Below, piece by piece: positions 20,019-29,068 of a DNA stretch of 61,993 nucleotides. Source of the stretch: Thauera sp. (GTDB taxonomy: Bacteria; Pseudomonadota; Gammaproteobacteria; Burkholderiales; Rhodocyclaceae). Both the position numbers and the translations under genes were made by a program. The DNA lies in assembly GCA_030603925.1 (NCBI GenBank), contig JAUVWV010000001.1:1-61993 (forward strand), in the 5' to 3' direction. Under the pieces are notes generated by a model. It did not search any database. It saw only the letters and a list, made by a program, of their open reading frames with translations, and had not been told where the DNA came from. Position 1 is the stretch's first letter. Each line of letters starts with the position of its first letter.

Positions 20019-20882
20019 ATGGGCCTGCTTGCCGCACCGCTGGATTCGGTCGACGCCTATGTCGACTTCTTCACCGCACAGCCGCTGCCGGTACTGCGCC
20101 GCACCGTGCACGACCTGGCGGCCCTGCAGGCCGACATGGACACGGTGAGCGGCAAGCGCATCGCGGCCATCGTGCTGGGCGACCCGCTGATGACGATGAA
20201 GCTGCTCACCTATCTGCAGACCCACCGGCGCCAGGCGCAGAACCACGACATCACCACCATCGACCGCGCCATCATGATGATGGGGCTGGAGCCCTTCTTC
20301 CGCATCTTCGCCGACATGCCGACGCTGGAAGATGCGCTGGCCGCCCACCCAAAGGCGCTGATCGGCCTGCTCAAGGTGATCGGGCGGGCGCGCAAGGCGG
20401 CGCACTATGCGCGCGACTGGGCGGTAGTGCGGCACGACCTCGATGTGGACGAGATCACCGTCGCCGCGCTGCTGGTCGAAGCCAGCGAGATCATCTGCTG
20501 GGCGCTCGCACCAACGCTCACCGAGCGGGTCCACGCGATGCAGGCAGCCGACCGCAGCCTGCGCAGTGCGGTGGCACAGGGCGCGGTGTTCGGTACCACG
20601 GCACGCGAGATCCAGCGCGCACTGGTGCGCGCCTGGAAACTGCCCGAACTGCTGATCGAACTGATGGACGAGTCGAAGGCCGACCATCCGCGGGTGCGCA
20701 ACGTACTGCTGGCGACCGATTTTGCCCGCCACGTGGCGCACGGCTGGGACGATGCCGCCCTGCCCGACGATCTGGCCGCCATCGGGAGCCTGATCCACCT
20801 CGGACGCGAGCCGCTGCTCAACCGCCTGGGCGCCCCGCCAGAGGCCATGGCCCGCCTGCTGCCCGCCGCCGCGGCCGAATGA
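20019..20882 (+). CDS. HDOD domain protein
   Basis: LPVL, DPLMTMKLL, ITTIDRAIMMMG, LVRAWKLPE; ATG 20019 after GGAG. Confidence 0.88.
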   Translation: MGLLAAPLDSVDAYVDFFTAQPLPVLRRTVHDLAALQADMDTVSGKRIAAIVLGDPLMTMKLLTYLQTHRRQAQNHDITTIDRAIMMMGLEPFFRIFADMPTLEDALAAHPKALIGLLKVIGRARKAAHYARDWAVVRHDLDVDEITVAALLVEASEIICWALAPTLTERVHAMQAADRSLRSAVAQGAVFGTTAREIQRALVRAWKLPELLIELMDESKADHPRVRNVLLATDFARHVAHGWDDAALPDDLAAIGSLIHLGREPLLNRLGAPPEAMARLLPAAAAE

Positions 20883-20888
20883 AAGCGT

Positions 20889-21029
20889 TCAACTGCAGAA
20901 CACCAGATTGGTGAAGTCGATCAGCAGCGCGGGCTGCTGGTAGGCGAGGAAGATCACGCCCAGCAGCCCGACACCCAGCACCACCGCCAGGACCAGCAGG
21001 AAGGCGCGCAGCGGTGTCAGCGGCTTCAC
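20889..21029 (-). CDS. Small single-TM protein, 46 aa (absent from the ORF track)
   Basis: GTG start 1 nt after the MFS stop codon; MKPLTPLRAFLLVLAVVLGVGLLGVIFLAYQQPALLIDFTNLVFCS*; GC-rich third positions. Confidence 0.7.
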   Translation of the reverse strand: MKPLTPLRAFLLVLAVVLGVGLLGVIFLAYQQPALLIDFTNLVFCS

Positions 21030-21030
21030 C

Positions 21031-22248
21031 TCACCCCCCCGCGCGCGCCGGGCGCAGCAGCGCCTGCTCGCGTACCGGCAGGCAGAGCAGCGCCGCCATC
21101 ACCGACAGTCCGATCGCCAGCCACCAGGCCTGCGCGTACGAGCCGGTGAGATCGAAGATCCGCCCGCCCAGCCAGGCCCCCAGGAAGCCGCCGATCTGGT
21201 GCCCGAGGAAGACCACCCCGTACAGCATGCCGACGAACTTCAGGCCGAAGATCTGCGCCACCAGTCCGTTGGTGAGCGGCACCGTACCGAGCCACAGCAG
21301 GCCCATGATGGCGGCAAACACGTACAGCGTGGCCGGACTGAGCGGCAGGAACAGGATGCCGAGGATCCCCACCACGCGCAGCGCATAGATCCAGGCCAGC
21401 AGCCACTTCTTGCTGTACAGCCCGCCCAGCCAGCCCGACAGGAAGGAGCCGGCGATATTGAACAGGCCGATCAGCGCCACCGCGGTCATCCCCACGTTGG
21501 CCGACAACCCACCATCGACCACGAAGGCCGGCAGGTGCAGCATGATGAAGGCGGTCTGGAAGCCGCACACGAAGAAGCTCCAGAACAGGAAATGGAAGCT
21601 CGGCGTGCGCGCGGCCTCGGCCAGCGCCTCGCCGAAGGTCTGGTTGCCGTGGCTGGTGCCGGCGGTACCGGTCACCCCGCGTGCCAGCACGACGATCAGC
21701 GACACGCCGAAGGCCAGCCACAGCAGCGCCTCCTGCCAGCCCACTCCGGCGATCAGCGCCTGCCCAACCGGCAGCACCGCGAACTGCCCGAAGCTGCCGC
21801 CCGCGCTGGCGATGCCGAGCCACAAGCTGCGCTTCTCCGGCGGCGCCATGCGCCCGACCACGCCCAGCACCACGCTGAAGGTGGTGCCCGCCAGCCCCAT
21901 GCCGATCAGCAGTCCGGCGCCGACGTTGAGGCCGAACGCGGTATCGGAATAGGCCATGATCACCAGGCCCAGCACGTACAACAGCGCACCGCCGGCCAGC
22001 GTGCGCCCGGCGCCGTAGCGGTCGGCAAAGGCCCCGGCAAAGGGCTGGAACACGCCCCACATCAGGTTCTGCAGGGCGATGGCAAAGGAGAACATCTCGC
22101 GCGACCAACCCTGGTCGGCGGTCATCGGCGGCAGGAACAGCCCGCCGGTATGGCGCACCCCCATCGCCAGGGTGAGGATCAGCGCGCCGCAGGCCAGTAC
22201 CACGGCGGGCCGGCGCAGCAACGGAACGGAGGAATCGACTGGAATCAC
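21031..22248 (-). CDS. MFS transporter
   Basis: About 12 hydrophobic segments, GAFADRYG loop motif, LLWLGTVPLTNGLV. Confidence 0.92.
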   Translation of the reverse strand: MIPVDSSVPLLRRPAVVLACGALILTLAMGVRHTGGLFLPPMTADQGWSREMFSFAIALQNLMWGVFQPFAGAFADRYGAGRTLAGGALLYVLGLVIMAYSDTAFGLNVGAGLLIGMGLAGTTFSVVLGVVGRMAPPEKRSLWLGIASAGGSFGQFAVLPVGQALIAGVGWQEALLWLAFGVSLIVVLARGVTGTAGTSHGNQTFGEALAEAARTPSFHFLFWSFFVCGFQTAFIMLHLPAFVVDGGLSANVGMTAVALIGLFNIAGSFLSGWLGGLYSKKWLLAWIYALRVVGILGILFLPLSPATLYVFAAIMGLLWLGTVPLTNGLVAQIFGLKFVGMLYGVVFLGHQIGGFLGAWLGGRIFDLTGSYAQAWWLAIGLSVMAALLCLPVREQALLRPARAGG

Positions 22249-22331
22249 TTTGCGGCTCGGGCGGGCAATCGTTGGTCTTGCGCAGACTGTTTGAGTATAA
22301 GATGCCCCCGGAAAAACGGGAGGATACAGTC

Positions 22332-22907
22332 ATGAGCGTTTCGGCCGCTCTGCTGTCGGCAGCGCTGGTAGTGCTGCTGGCCTACGGGGTGATCGTGTAC
22401 AACGGCCTGGTGCGCCTCAAGCACAACGTGGCGCGCGCCTGGTCCAACATCGACGTGCTGCTCAAGCAGCGCCACGACGAGTTGCCCAAGCTGGTCGAGG
22501 TGTGCCGCCAGTACAAGCAGTTCGAGCAGGACACCCTGGTGCGCGTCACCGAGGCGCGTGCCCGCGTCGCCCGCGCACGCGAAGCGCACGACGTGCCGGC
22601 GCTGGGCGCGGCCGAGGCCATGCTGCGTGGCGGGCTCGGACAGATCTTCGCGGTGGCCGAGGCTTATCCGGAGCTGAAGGCGAACGAACACTTCATGCAG
22701 TTGCAAAGCCGCATCACCGCGCTGGAGAACGCCATCGCCGACCGGCGCGAGTGGTACAACGAATCGGTCAATGTGCACAACATCCGCATCGAACAGTTTC
22801 CCGACCTGCTCGTCGCCCGGCTCTTCGGCTACGCTGCCCAGCCGCTGCTGCGCTTTTCCGCCGCAGAGAAGGCCGACGTCGACATGAAGGCGCTGTTCAG
22901 CGCCTGA
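22332..22907 (+). CDS. lemA: LemA family protein
   Basis: YNGLVRLK..V..AWSNIDVLLKQRHD, AVAEAYPELKAN, RREWYNESV, EQFPD. Confidence 0.93.
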   Translation: MSVSAALLSAALVVLLAYGVIVYNGLVRLKHNVARAWSNIDVLLKQRHDELPKLVEVCRQYKQFEQDTLVRVTEARARVARAREAHDVPALGAAEAMLRGGLGQIFAVAEAYPELKANEHFMQLQSRITALENAIADRREWYNESVNVHNIRIEQFPDLLVARLFGYAAQPLLRFSAAEKADVDMKALFSA

Positions 22908-22924
22908 CGCCGTTCCGCCCCCGC

Positions 22925-23827
22925 ATGCTCGTCCGCCTGCGCCGCGACCTGACCAACGCCGGCCTGCCCGCCCTGCAGCTCGGCCTGACCGGTCTCGCGC
23001 TGACGCTGGATCGCGCAAGCGGCACCTTGACCGCCCTCGCCCTGCTGCTGGGCACCGGCCTCTATGGCTGGCTGCGCTCGGTGCGCCACGCACGCCTGAT
23101 CCTCGACACCCCAACTGCGCGCATCGCCTCGGCGGCACAGGGCTATACCGAGTTGCGCGGACGCGGCCGCCCGCTCGACGGCACGCCGCTGCGCTCACCG
23201 GTGAACGGCCTGCCGGTGCTCTGGTACCGCGTGGTCACCCAGCGCCGCCAGCCGGACGGCAAGTGGCGCCACCTCAACACGGTGGAGAGCGACGCATCCT
23301 TCCTGCTCGACGACGGCAGCGGCCTGTGTGCCGTGGATCCGGAAGGCGCCGAGATGCTGGTGCGCCGGCGCGACGTGTTCAACAACGGCGAACTGCGCCA
23401 GACCCAGTGGTCGCTGATCAACCAGGACGCGATCTACGTGCTGGGCGACTTCCACACCCTGGGCAGCATCGCGCCGGAACTCGACTCGGCCCGCCAGGTG
23501 CGCGAACTGCTCGCCGAGTGGAAGGAGAACCGCGCCGAACTGCTCGCCCGCTTCGATCTCGACGGTAACGGCGAGATCGACCTCAAGGAATGGGAACTGG
23601 CGCGCGCCCAGGCGCGGCGCGAGGTCGGCCGGCGGCAGCGCGAACTGCTCGCCGCTGCGGAGGCGCATGTAATGCGCAAGCCGGAAGGACGCCGCCTGTA
23701 CCTGATCTCCGACCTCGACCCGGCGCGCATTGCCTGGCGCTACCGGCTGTGGGCCGGCTTCCATCTGGCGGTGTTCTTCGGCGCGGCGGCGGCCACCGCG
23801 CTGTTCGGCCGGATCGGCGTGTTCTGA
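22925..23827 (+). CDS. Membrane protein with a GIDE-like domain and an EF-hand-like loop
   Basis: ILDTPTARIASAAQGYTELRG, FLLDDGSG..AVDPEGA, DLDGNGEIDLKEW, TMs at both ends; ATG 22925. Confidence 0.78.
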   Translation: MLVRLRRDLTNAGLPALQLGLTGLALTLDRASGTLTALALLLGTGLYGWLRSVRHARLILDTPTARIASAAQGYTELRGRGRPLDGTPLRSPVNGLPVLWYRVVTQRRQPDGKWRHLNTVESDASFLLDDGSGLCAVDPEGAEMLVRRRDVFNNGELRQTQWSLINQDAIYVLGDFHTLGSIAPELDSARQVRELLAEWKENRAELLARFDLDGNGEIDLKEWELARAQARREVGRRQRELLAAAEAHVMRKPEGRRLYLISDLDPARIAWRYRLWAGFHLAVFFGAAAATALFGRIGVF

Positions 23828-23836
23828 GACGGCCAG

Positions 23837-23923
23837 CCCCGGATTCCGCTTCGCTTCATCCAGGCTACGCAACCCATTGCCGCAGCGCGTAGCCCGGATG
23901 GAGGCCAAAGGCCGGAATCCGGG
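23837..23923. repeat. Inverted pair of GTAG-type REP elements
   Basis: Minus CGTAGCCTGGATGAAGCGAAGCGGAATCCGGGG (23837-23869) and plus CGTAGCCCGGATGGAGGCCAAAGGCCGGAATCCGGG (23888-23923); a shortened third copy near 23962. Confidence 0.8.
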
Positions 23924-23991
23924 ACTTGCGCCCGAACGTAGAGTCTACTGAAAACCGCCGTCGTAGCCGGAATCCGCCGTCGGGGCGAAAA

Positions 23992-25911
23992 TCATCCGCC
24001 CGCAGCGCGGGTTTCCAGCTCTTCCCAGCGCAGCATCGCCGCCTCCAGTTCAGCGTCGATCGCCTCCAGACGCGCCGTGCACTGCGCAACCTCCTGCGGG
24101 GCGTTCTGGTACAGCGCGGGGTCGGCCATGCGCACGTGCAAGGCGCCCTGCTCCTCTTCCAGCGCGGCGATGCGCGCCGGCAGGGCTTCCAGCTCGCGCT
24201 TCTCGTTGAAGCTCAGCTTGGCGGTCCGCGGCGCGGCGGGTTTCTCCACCGGCGCAGCCGCTCGGGCGCCCGCCGCCGGCGCGCTCTTCACCTCGCGCGC
24301 CGCGGTCTCGGCCTGCGCCTGCTTGACGCGCTGCCAGTCGGCATAGCCACCGGCGTACTCGCCCCAGCGCCCGTCGCCCTCCGCGGCGATCACCTGGGTC
24401 ACCACGTTGTCGAGAAACGCCCGGTCGTGGCTCACCAGGAACAACGTGCCCTCGTAGCCGGCGAGCAGCGCTTCGAGCAGGTCGAGGGTTTCGATGTCGA
24501 GGTCGTTGGTCGGCTCGTCGAGCACCAGCACGTTGGCCGGTCGGGCGAACAGGCGCGCCAGCAGCAGGCGGTTGCGCTCGCCGCCGGAGAGCGACTTCAC
24601 CGGCGAGCGCGCACGCTGCGGCGCAAACAGGAAGTCGCCCAGATAGCCGATCACGTGCTTCTTCTCGCCGCCGATCTCCACGTAGTCCGAACCCGGGCTG
24701 ATCACCTCGGTGAGCGGGGCCTCCGGGTCGAGCTGTTCGCGCAGCTGGTCGAAATAGGCCACCTGCTGGCGGGTGCCGCGCCGCACCGTGCCGCTGTCCG
24801 CCTCGATCTCGCCCAGGATGAGCTTCAGCAGCGTGGTCTTGCCCGCGCCGTTCGGGCCGATCAGGCCGATGCGGTCGCCGCGCATGATGCGGGTGGAGAA
24901 GTCGCGCACCACCGTGCGCTCACCGTAGCGCTTCGAGACCTCGGTGAGTTCGGCCACCATCTGGCCGCTCTGCTCGCCGCGCTCCACCGCCAGGCTGACG
25001 TTGCCCAGGCGGTCGCGCCGCGCGGCGCGCTCGCGGCGCAGCGCCTCCAGCCGGCGCACCCGGCCTTCGTTGCGCGTGCGGCGCGCTTCCACGCCCTTGC
25101 GGATCCACACCTCCTCCTGCGCCAGCACCTTGTCGAAGCGCGCATTGGCCTTCTCCTCGACCTCGAGTTCCTCGGCCTTGCGGCGCTGGTAATCAGCGAA
25201 GCGCCCCGGGTAGCTGGCCAGCCGGCCGCGGTCGAGTTCGATGATGCGGGTGGCGACGTTGTCGAGGAACACCCGGTCGTGGGTGATCACCACCACCGCG
25301 CCGCGGAATTCGCGGATCAGCCCTTCCAGCCACAGGATGCCGTCCAGGTCGAGGTGGTTGGTCGGTTCGTCGAGCAGCAGCAGATCGGGTTCCAGCACCA
25401 GCGCACGGGCCAGCGCGACGCGCTTCACGCCACCACCGGACAGGCTGTCCACCCGCGCCTCGGCCGGCAGCGCGAGGCGCGCGAGCATCTGCTCGACACG
25501 CTGATTGAGACGCCAGCCGTCGGCCGCCTCCACCGCGTGCTGCAGTTCGTCCAGGCGCGCCAGCGCAGCGGCATCCGCGCCTTCGGCCACCGCCAGCATC
25601 GCGGCGTGGTAATCCACCAGCAGCCGCGCGGCATCGCCCAGCCCGTCGGCCACGGTGGCAAAGACGTCGCGCGCCAGGTCAAAGTCGGGCTCCTGCGGCA
25701 CGTAGGCCGCCTTCAGCCCGCTCTGCCGCCACACGATGCCGTCGTCCAGCGTGGCCTGCCCGGCCAGTGCGCGCAGCAGGCTGGACTTGCCCGAACCGTT
25801 GCGCCCGATCAACGCCACGCGTTCGCCGCTGTCGAGCTGGAAATCGGCATGATCGAGCAGGTCGACGTGGCCGAAGGCCAGACAGGCGTTTTCTACGGTG
25901 AGCAGCGGCAT
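23992..25911 (-). CDS. uup: ABC-F ATPase Uup
   Basis: Two ABC domains (GRNGSGKS, GPNGAGKT, LSGG, LDEPTN), EEVWIRKGVEARRTRNEGRVR linker, C-terminal KLSFNEKRELEALP coiled coil. Confidence 0.95.
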   Translation of the reverse strand: MPLLTVENACLAFGHVDLLDHADFQLDSGERVALIGRNGSGKSSLLRALAGQATLDDGIVWRQSGLKAAYVPQEPDFDLARDVFATVADGLGDAARLLVDYHAAMLAVAEGADAAALARLDELQHAVEAADGWRLNQRVEQMLARLALPAEARVDSLSGGGVKRVALARALVLEPDLLLLDEPTNHLDLDGILWLEGLIREFRGAVVVITHDRVFLDNVATRIIELDRGRLASYPGRFADYQRRKAEELEVEEKANARFDKVLAQEEVWIRKGVEARRTRNEGRVRRLEALRRERAARRDRLGNVSLAVERGEQSGQMVAELTEVSKRYGERTVVRDFSTRIMRGDRIGLIGPNGAGKTTLLKLILGEIEADSGTVRRGTRQQVAYFDQLREQLDPEAPLTEVISPGSDYVEIGGEKKHVIGYLGDFLFAPQRARSPVKSLSGGERNRLLLARLFARPANVLVLDEPTNDLDIETLDLLEALLAGYEGTLFLVSHDRAFLDNVVTQVIAAEGDGRWGEYAGGYADWQRVKQAQAETAAREVKSAPAAGARAAAPVEKPAAPRTAKLSFNEKRELEALPARIAALEEEQGALHVRMADPALYQNAPQEVAQCTARLEAIDAELEAAMLRWEELETRAAGG

Positions 25912-26020
25912 GGGGAATCGGGAGCGGGATGCGAAAGGCGCGATTCTACCGGTCTGCTACCATCGGCGGCCGAATCGGTGATAATGCAGTGCAGCATGAA
26001 CACCATGGCAATACGGGAAC

Positions 26021-28150
26021 ATGCTTTTGAAACAATCACTTGAATCAATCCTCCTGCAGTTTGGCGTAACCCCGGCGGACGAGCTCGCGCAGTGGGTTGC
26101 GCTGGTCGACCACCTGCGCCCGCGCCGCGCCGCCAACGCTGCAAACGCGGTGCGTGCGCTGCAGGCGCTCACCGAGCTGCTTGCGCAGCGCATGGACCTG
26201 CGCCTCCGTCTGCGCGAGGCACTGCTGCGCCTGCTGCACGAGCGCAAGCAGGTCTCGCTGTATGTCGCATCCGGCCTGTTGCCGTCCACCGGCTTCTTCT
26301 CCGAGACCGCCCGGCGCATCTCGGGCCGCCTGCTGCCCGACGTGGTCGACACCAGCTACATGAAGGATGTGCTGGGCGTGGTGTTCCACCGCCCGGACGA
26401 CGAAATGTGGGTGAATGCGATTCCCGACGAACAATGGACCGCCTTCCTCGACCAGCTGTTCGACGATGACGCGGCGGGCGAAACGCCCGCAGCCGAGCTC
26501 ACGACGGCGGTACCGGACGTGCTGGAGGAATTGATCGAGGGACTGCGCATCCTCTCCTACCACGTCTCCTCGATCGGCCTCGACCCCGAACTGGTGCGCA
26601 TCGACCCGACGCTGGAAGAGCACGAATCGCCCTTCATCGCACAGAACGAGGAAGTGCTCGCCTACCTCGCGCATTACCGTGCCTGGTGGGCCGACCCGTC
26701 TACCCCGCTGGAGGACGAGCGCCACCTCACGGTGATGCTCGACCAGTGCGGCGAGGTGCTGCAGCGCATCCGGCGGCGCGCGGGCAAGCTCGGCACCAGC
26801 CTCACGCTGACCTTCAAGCTCGAACGCCTGCGCCAGCACCTCGAGCGCATCGCGCACCTGCTCGACCTGCTCAGCCGCCTGCGCGCCGAGCGCAGCCTGC
26901 GCTCGGTGAGCCCGCAGGTGGTGGCCCTGTTCAAGCAGCTGGTGCATGCCGAGTGCCGCAAGAACAATCTCTCCGACTACTGGGGGCAGAACGTCGAGCT
27001 GCTCTCGCTGCGCATGACCGAAAGCGCCAGCCGCACCGGCGAACGCTACATCACCGCCAGCCGCAGCGAGTACTTCGGCATGCTGGGATCGGCCGCCATC
27101 GGCGGTTTCATCATCGCGCTGATGGCCGCCCTCAAGATCATCCTCGGCGAGCAGCACTTCGCGCCGCTCAACGCCGCGCTGGTGTTCTGCCTGAACTATG
27201 GCATCGGCTTCGTGCTGATCCACATCCTCGGCGGCACGGTGGCCACCAAGCAGCCCGCGATGACCGCCAACGCGATTGCCGCGTCGATCGGCGAAACGCG
27301 CGGCAAGTCGCGCAACCTCGACAACCTCGCCGACCTGATCGCGCGCATGGTGCGCAGCCAGTTCGCCGCCATCCTCGGCAACGTCGGCGTGGCGGTGCCG
27401 CTGGCGATCTGCCTGTCGCTCGGCATCCATGCGCTGAGCGGCGAGCATCTGGTCGATACGGCCAAGGCCCATCACCTGCTCGACGAGGTAGACCCACGCG
27501 GCGGCGCCCTGCTGTTTGCCGCCGTGGCCGGCGTGTGCCTGTTCCTGTCGGGTCTGATCTCCGGCTACTACGACAACCTGTCGGCCTACAACCGCATCCC
27601 GCAACGCCTGCGCCAGCTGGGCTGGGCGCGCCGCCTGCTCGGCGAGGAACGCCTGCAGCGGGTCGCCGCCTATGTCGAGAACAACCTCGGTGCGCTGGCC
27701 GGCAACTTCTTCTTCGGCTTCCTGCTCGGCGGGGCCACCGCCATCGGCGTACTGTTCGGCCTGCCGCTGGACATCCGCCACATCGCCTTCTCATCGGCCT
27801 ACGTCGGCTACGCCTCGGCGGCGCTGGACTTCATGATGAGCTGGCAGATGGCGGCGCTGGCCGCCGCCGGCGTGGCCGGCATCGGCCTGATCAACCTGGC
27901 GGTGAGTTTCTCGCTCACCCTCTACGTGGCCATGCGCGCGCGGCGCATCACCTTCGACAACGCCCGCACCCTGGGCCGCCTGGTACTGCACCGCCTGATC
28001 ACCCGCCCGCAGGACTTCCTGCTGCCGCCGGGCAAGGAGCGCAACAGCGAACCGCCTCCGCCGCCGCCCGCCACGGAAACCCCCGCCGGGTCGCCGCCGC
28101 GCCCGGCGCGCGACAACAGCGCCCTTGGTCCGGAGACGCCGAACGGCTAG
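26021..28150 (+). CDS. Membrane protein of the family usually annotated as 'site-specific recombinase' (Gcr-like)
   Basis: GLLPSTGFFSE, GTSLTLTF.LERL, TGERYIT, TVATKQPAMTA, PLDIRHIAFS motifs; multi-TM C-terminal half. Confidence 0.8.
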   Translation: MLLKQSLESILLQFGVTPADELAQWVALVDHLRPRRAANAANAVRALQALTELLAQRMDLRLRLREALLRLLHERKQVSLYVASGLLPSTGFFSETARRISGRLLPDVVDTSYMKDVLGVVFHRPDDEMWVNAIPDEQWTAFLDQLFDDDAAGETPAAELTTAVPDVLEELIEGLRILSYHVSSIGLDPELVRIDPTLEEHESPFIAQNEEVLAYLAHYRAWWADPSTPLEDERHLTVMLDQCGEVLQRIRRRAGKLGTSLTLTFKLERLRQHLERIAHLLDLLSRLRAERSLRSVSPQVVALFKQLVHAECRKNNLSDYWGQNVELLSLRMTESASRTGERYITASRSEYFGMLGSAAIGGFIIALMAALKIILGEQHFAPLNAALVFCLNYGIGFVLIHILGGTVATKQPAMTANAIAASIGETRGKSRNLDNLADLIARMVRSQFAAILGNVGVAVPLAICLSLGIHALSGEHLVDTAKAHHLLDEVDPRGGALLFAAVAGVCLFLSGLISGYYDNLSAYNRIPQRLRQLGWARRLLGEERLQRVAAYVENNLGALAGNFFFGFLLGGATAIGVLFGLPLDIRHIAFSSAYVGYASAALDFMMSWQMAALAAAGVAGIGLINLAVSFSLTLYVAMRARRITFDNARTLGRLVLHRLITRPQDFLLPPGKERNSEPPPPPPATETPAGSPPRPARDNSALGPETPNG

Positions 28151-28161
28151 AATGCGCCCCT

Positions 28162-28236
28162 CTCCTCGTAGTTCAATGGATAGAACGGCCGCCTCCTAAG
28201 CGGCAGATACAGGTTCGATTCCTGTCGAGGGGACCA
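28162..28236 (+). tRNA. tRNA-Arg(CCT)
   Basis: Acceptor CTCCTCG/CGAGGGG-A-CCA, anticodon arm GCCGC-CTCCTAA-GCGGC, T-arm GGTTCGATTCC. Confidence 0.96.
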
Positions 28237-28273
28237 CACCACCACCAGCGCACGCAGCCGGACACCCCGGCAC

Positions 28274-29068
28274 TCAGCGCAACCCGTCCAGCATGGCGCG
28301 CAGGTAGTTGACCGGGATCGCGTAGCTGATCCCGGACGGGTCGGTGAGCACGCTCTCCTTGGTGCTCTTCACGAACACCATGTTGATCACCCCGATGACC
28401 TGGCCGGAGGCCGGATCGAACACCGGACTGCCGCTGTTGCCCGGATAGGCGGTGGCGTCGAGCTGGTAGATCTCGAAGCGGTCGCTCGACAGGCGGCGGA
28501 TCAGCGCCGGGTTGAGGTCGCGCGCATTGGCCTGCGGGATGCCGATCGGGGTGATGGCGGAGACGATGCCGCGGTGGGTCACCGGCGACAGCCCCAGGGC
28601 ATTGCCGATGGGGAAGCCGGTGAAGGCGATGCTCTGCCCTTCGCGCACGCTGCTGTCCGGAGCCAGCGGCAGTGCGGGGAGCGGCGCACCTTCGATGCGC
28701 AGCACCGAGAGATCGCGTCCGCGGTCGGAGGCGACGCGCTGCGCACGGCGCACCGTGCCGCCGCCCTGCCCACCGGCAACCGCAATCGCCAGCGATTCCA
28801 TGCGCTCACCATCGAGCACATCGGGCACGACATGCGCATTGGTTGCGATCAGGTTGCCGTCACCCACGGCGAATCCCGTGCCGAGGAAACGGAAGGCGGG
28901 ATTGCGGTTGGGCATGAAGGTGCCGACCGCCACCACCGAGGGGCGGATGCGCGGCACCGTATCGACCAGATCGGCCAGCACGGCGCCGGGCGACAGGGCG
29001 CCGGCCAGTGCAAGACCAGCGCCGGCGCCCAGCAACCTGCGGCGCGGCATGGAGATGGGGGGGGTCAT
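28274..29068 (-). CDS. Trypsin-like (S1) serine protease with a Tat-like signal
   Basis: RRRLL signal; TNAHV, DLSVL, GNSGSP catalytic triad; no PDZ domain. Confidence 0.88.
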   Translation of the reverse strand: MTPPISMPRRRLLGAGAGLALAGALSPGAVLADLVDTVPRIRPSVVAVGTFMPNRNPAFRFLGTGFAVGDGNLIATNAHVVPDVLDGERMESLAIAVAGGQGGGTVRRAQRVASDRGRDLSVLRIEGAPLPALPLAPDSSVREGQSIAFTGFPIGNALGLSPVTHRGIVSAITPIGIPQANARDLNPALIRRLSSDRFEIYQLDATAYPGNSGSPVFDPASGQVIGVINMVFVKSTKESVLTDPSGISYAIPVNYLRAMLDGLR

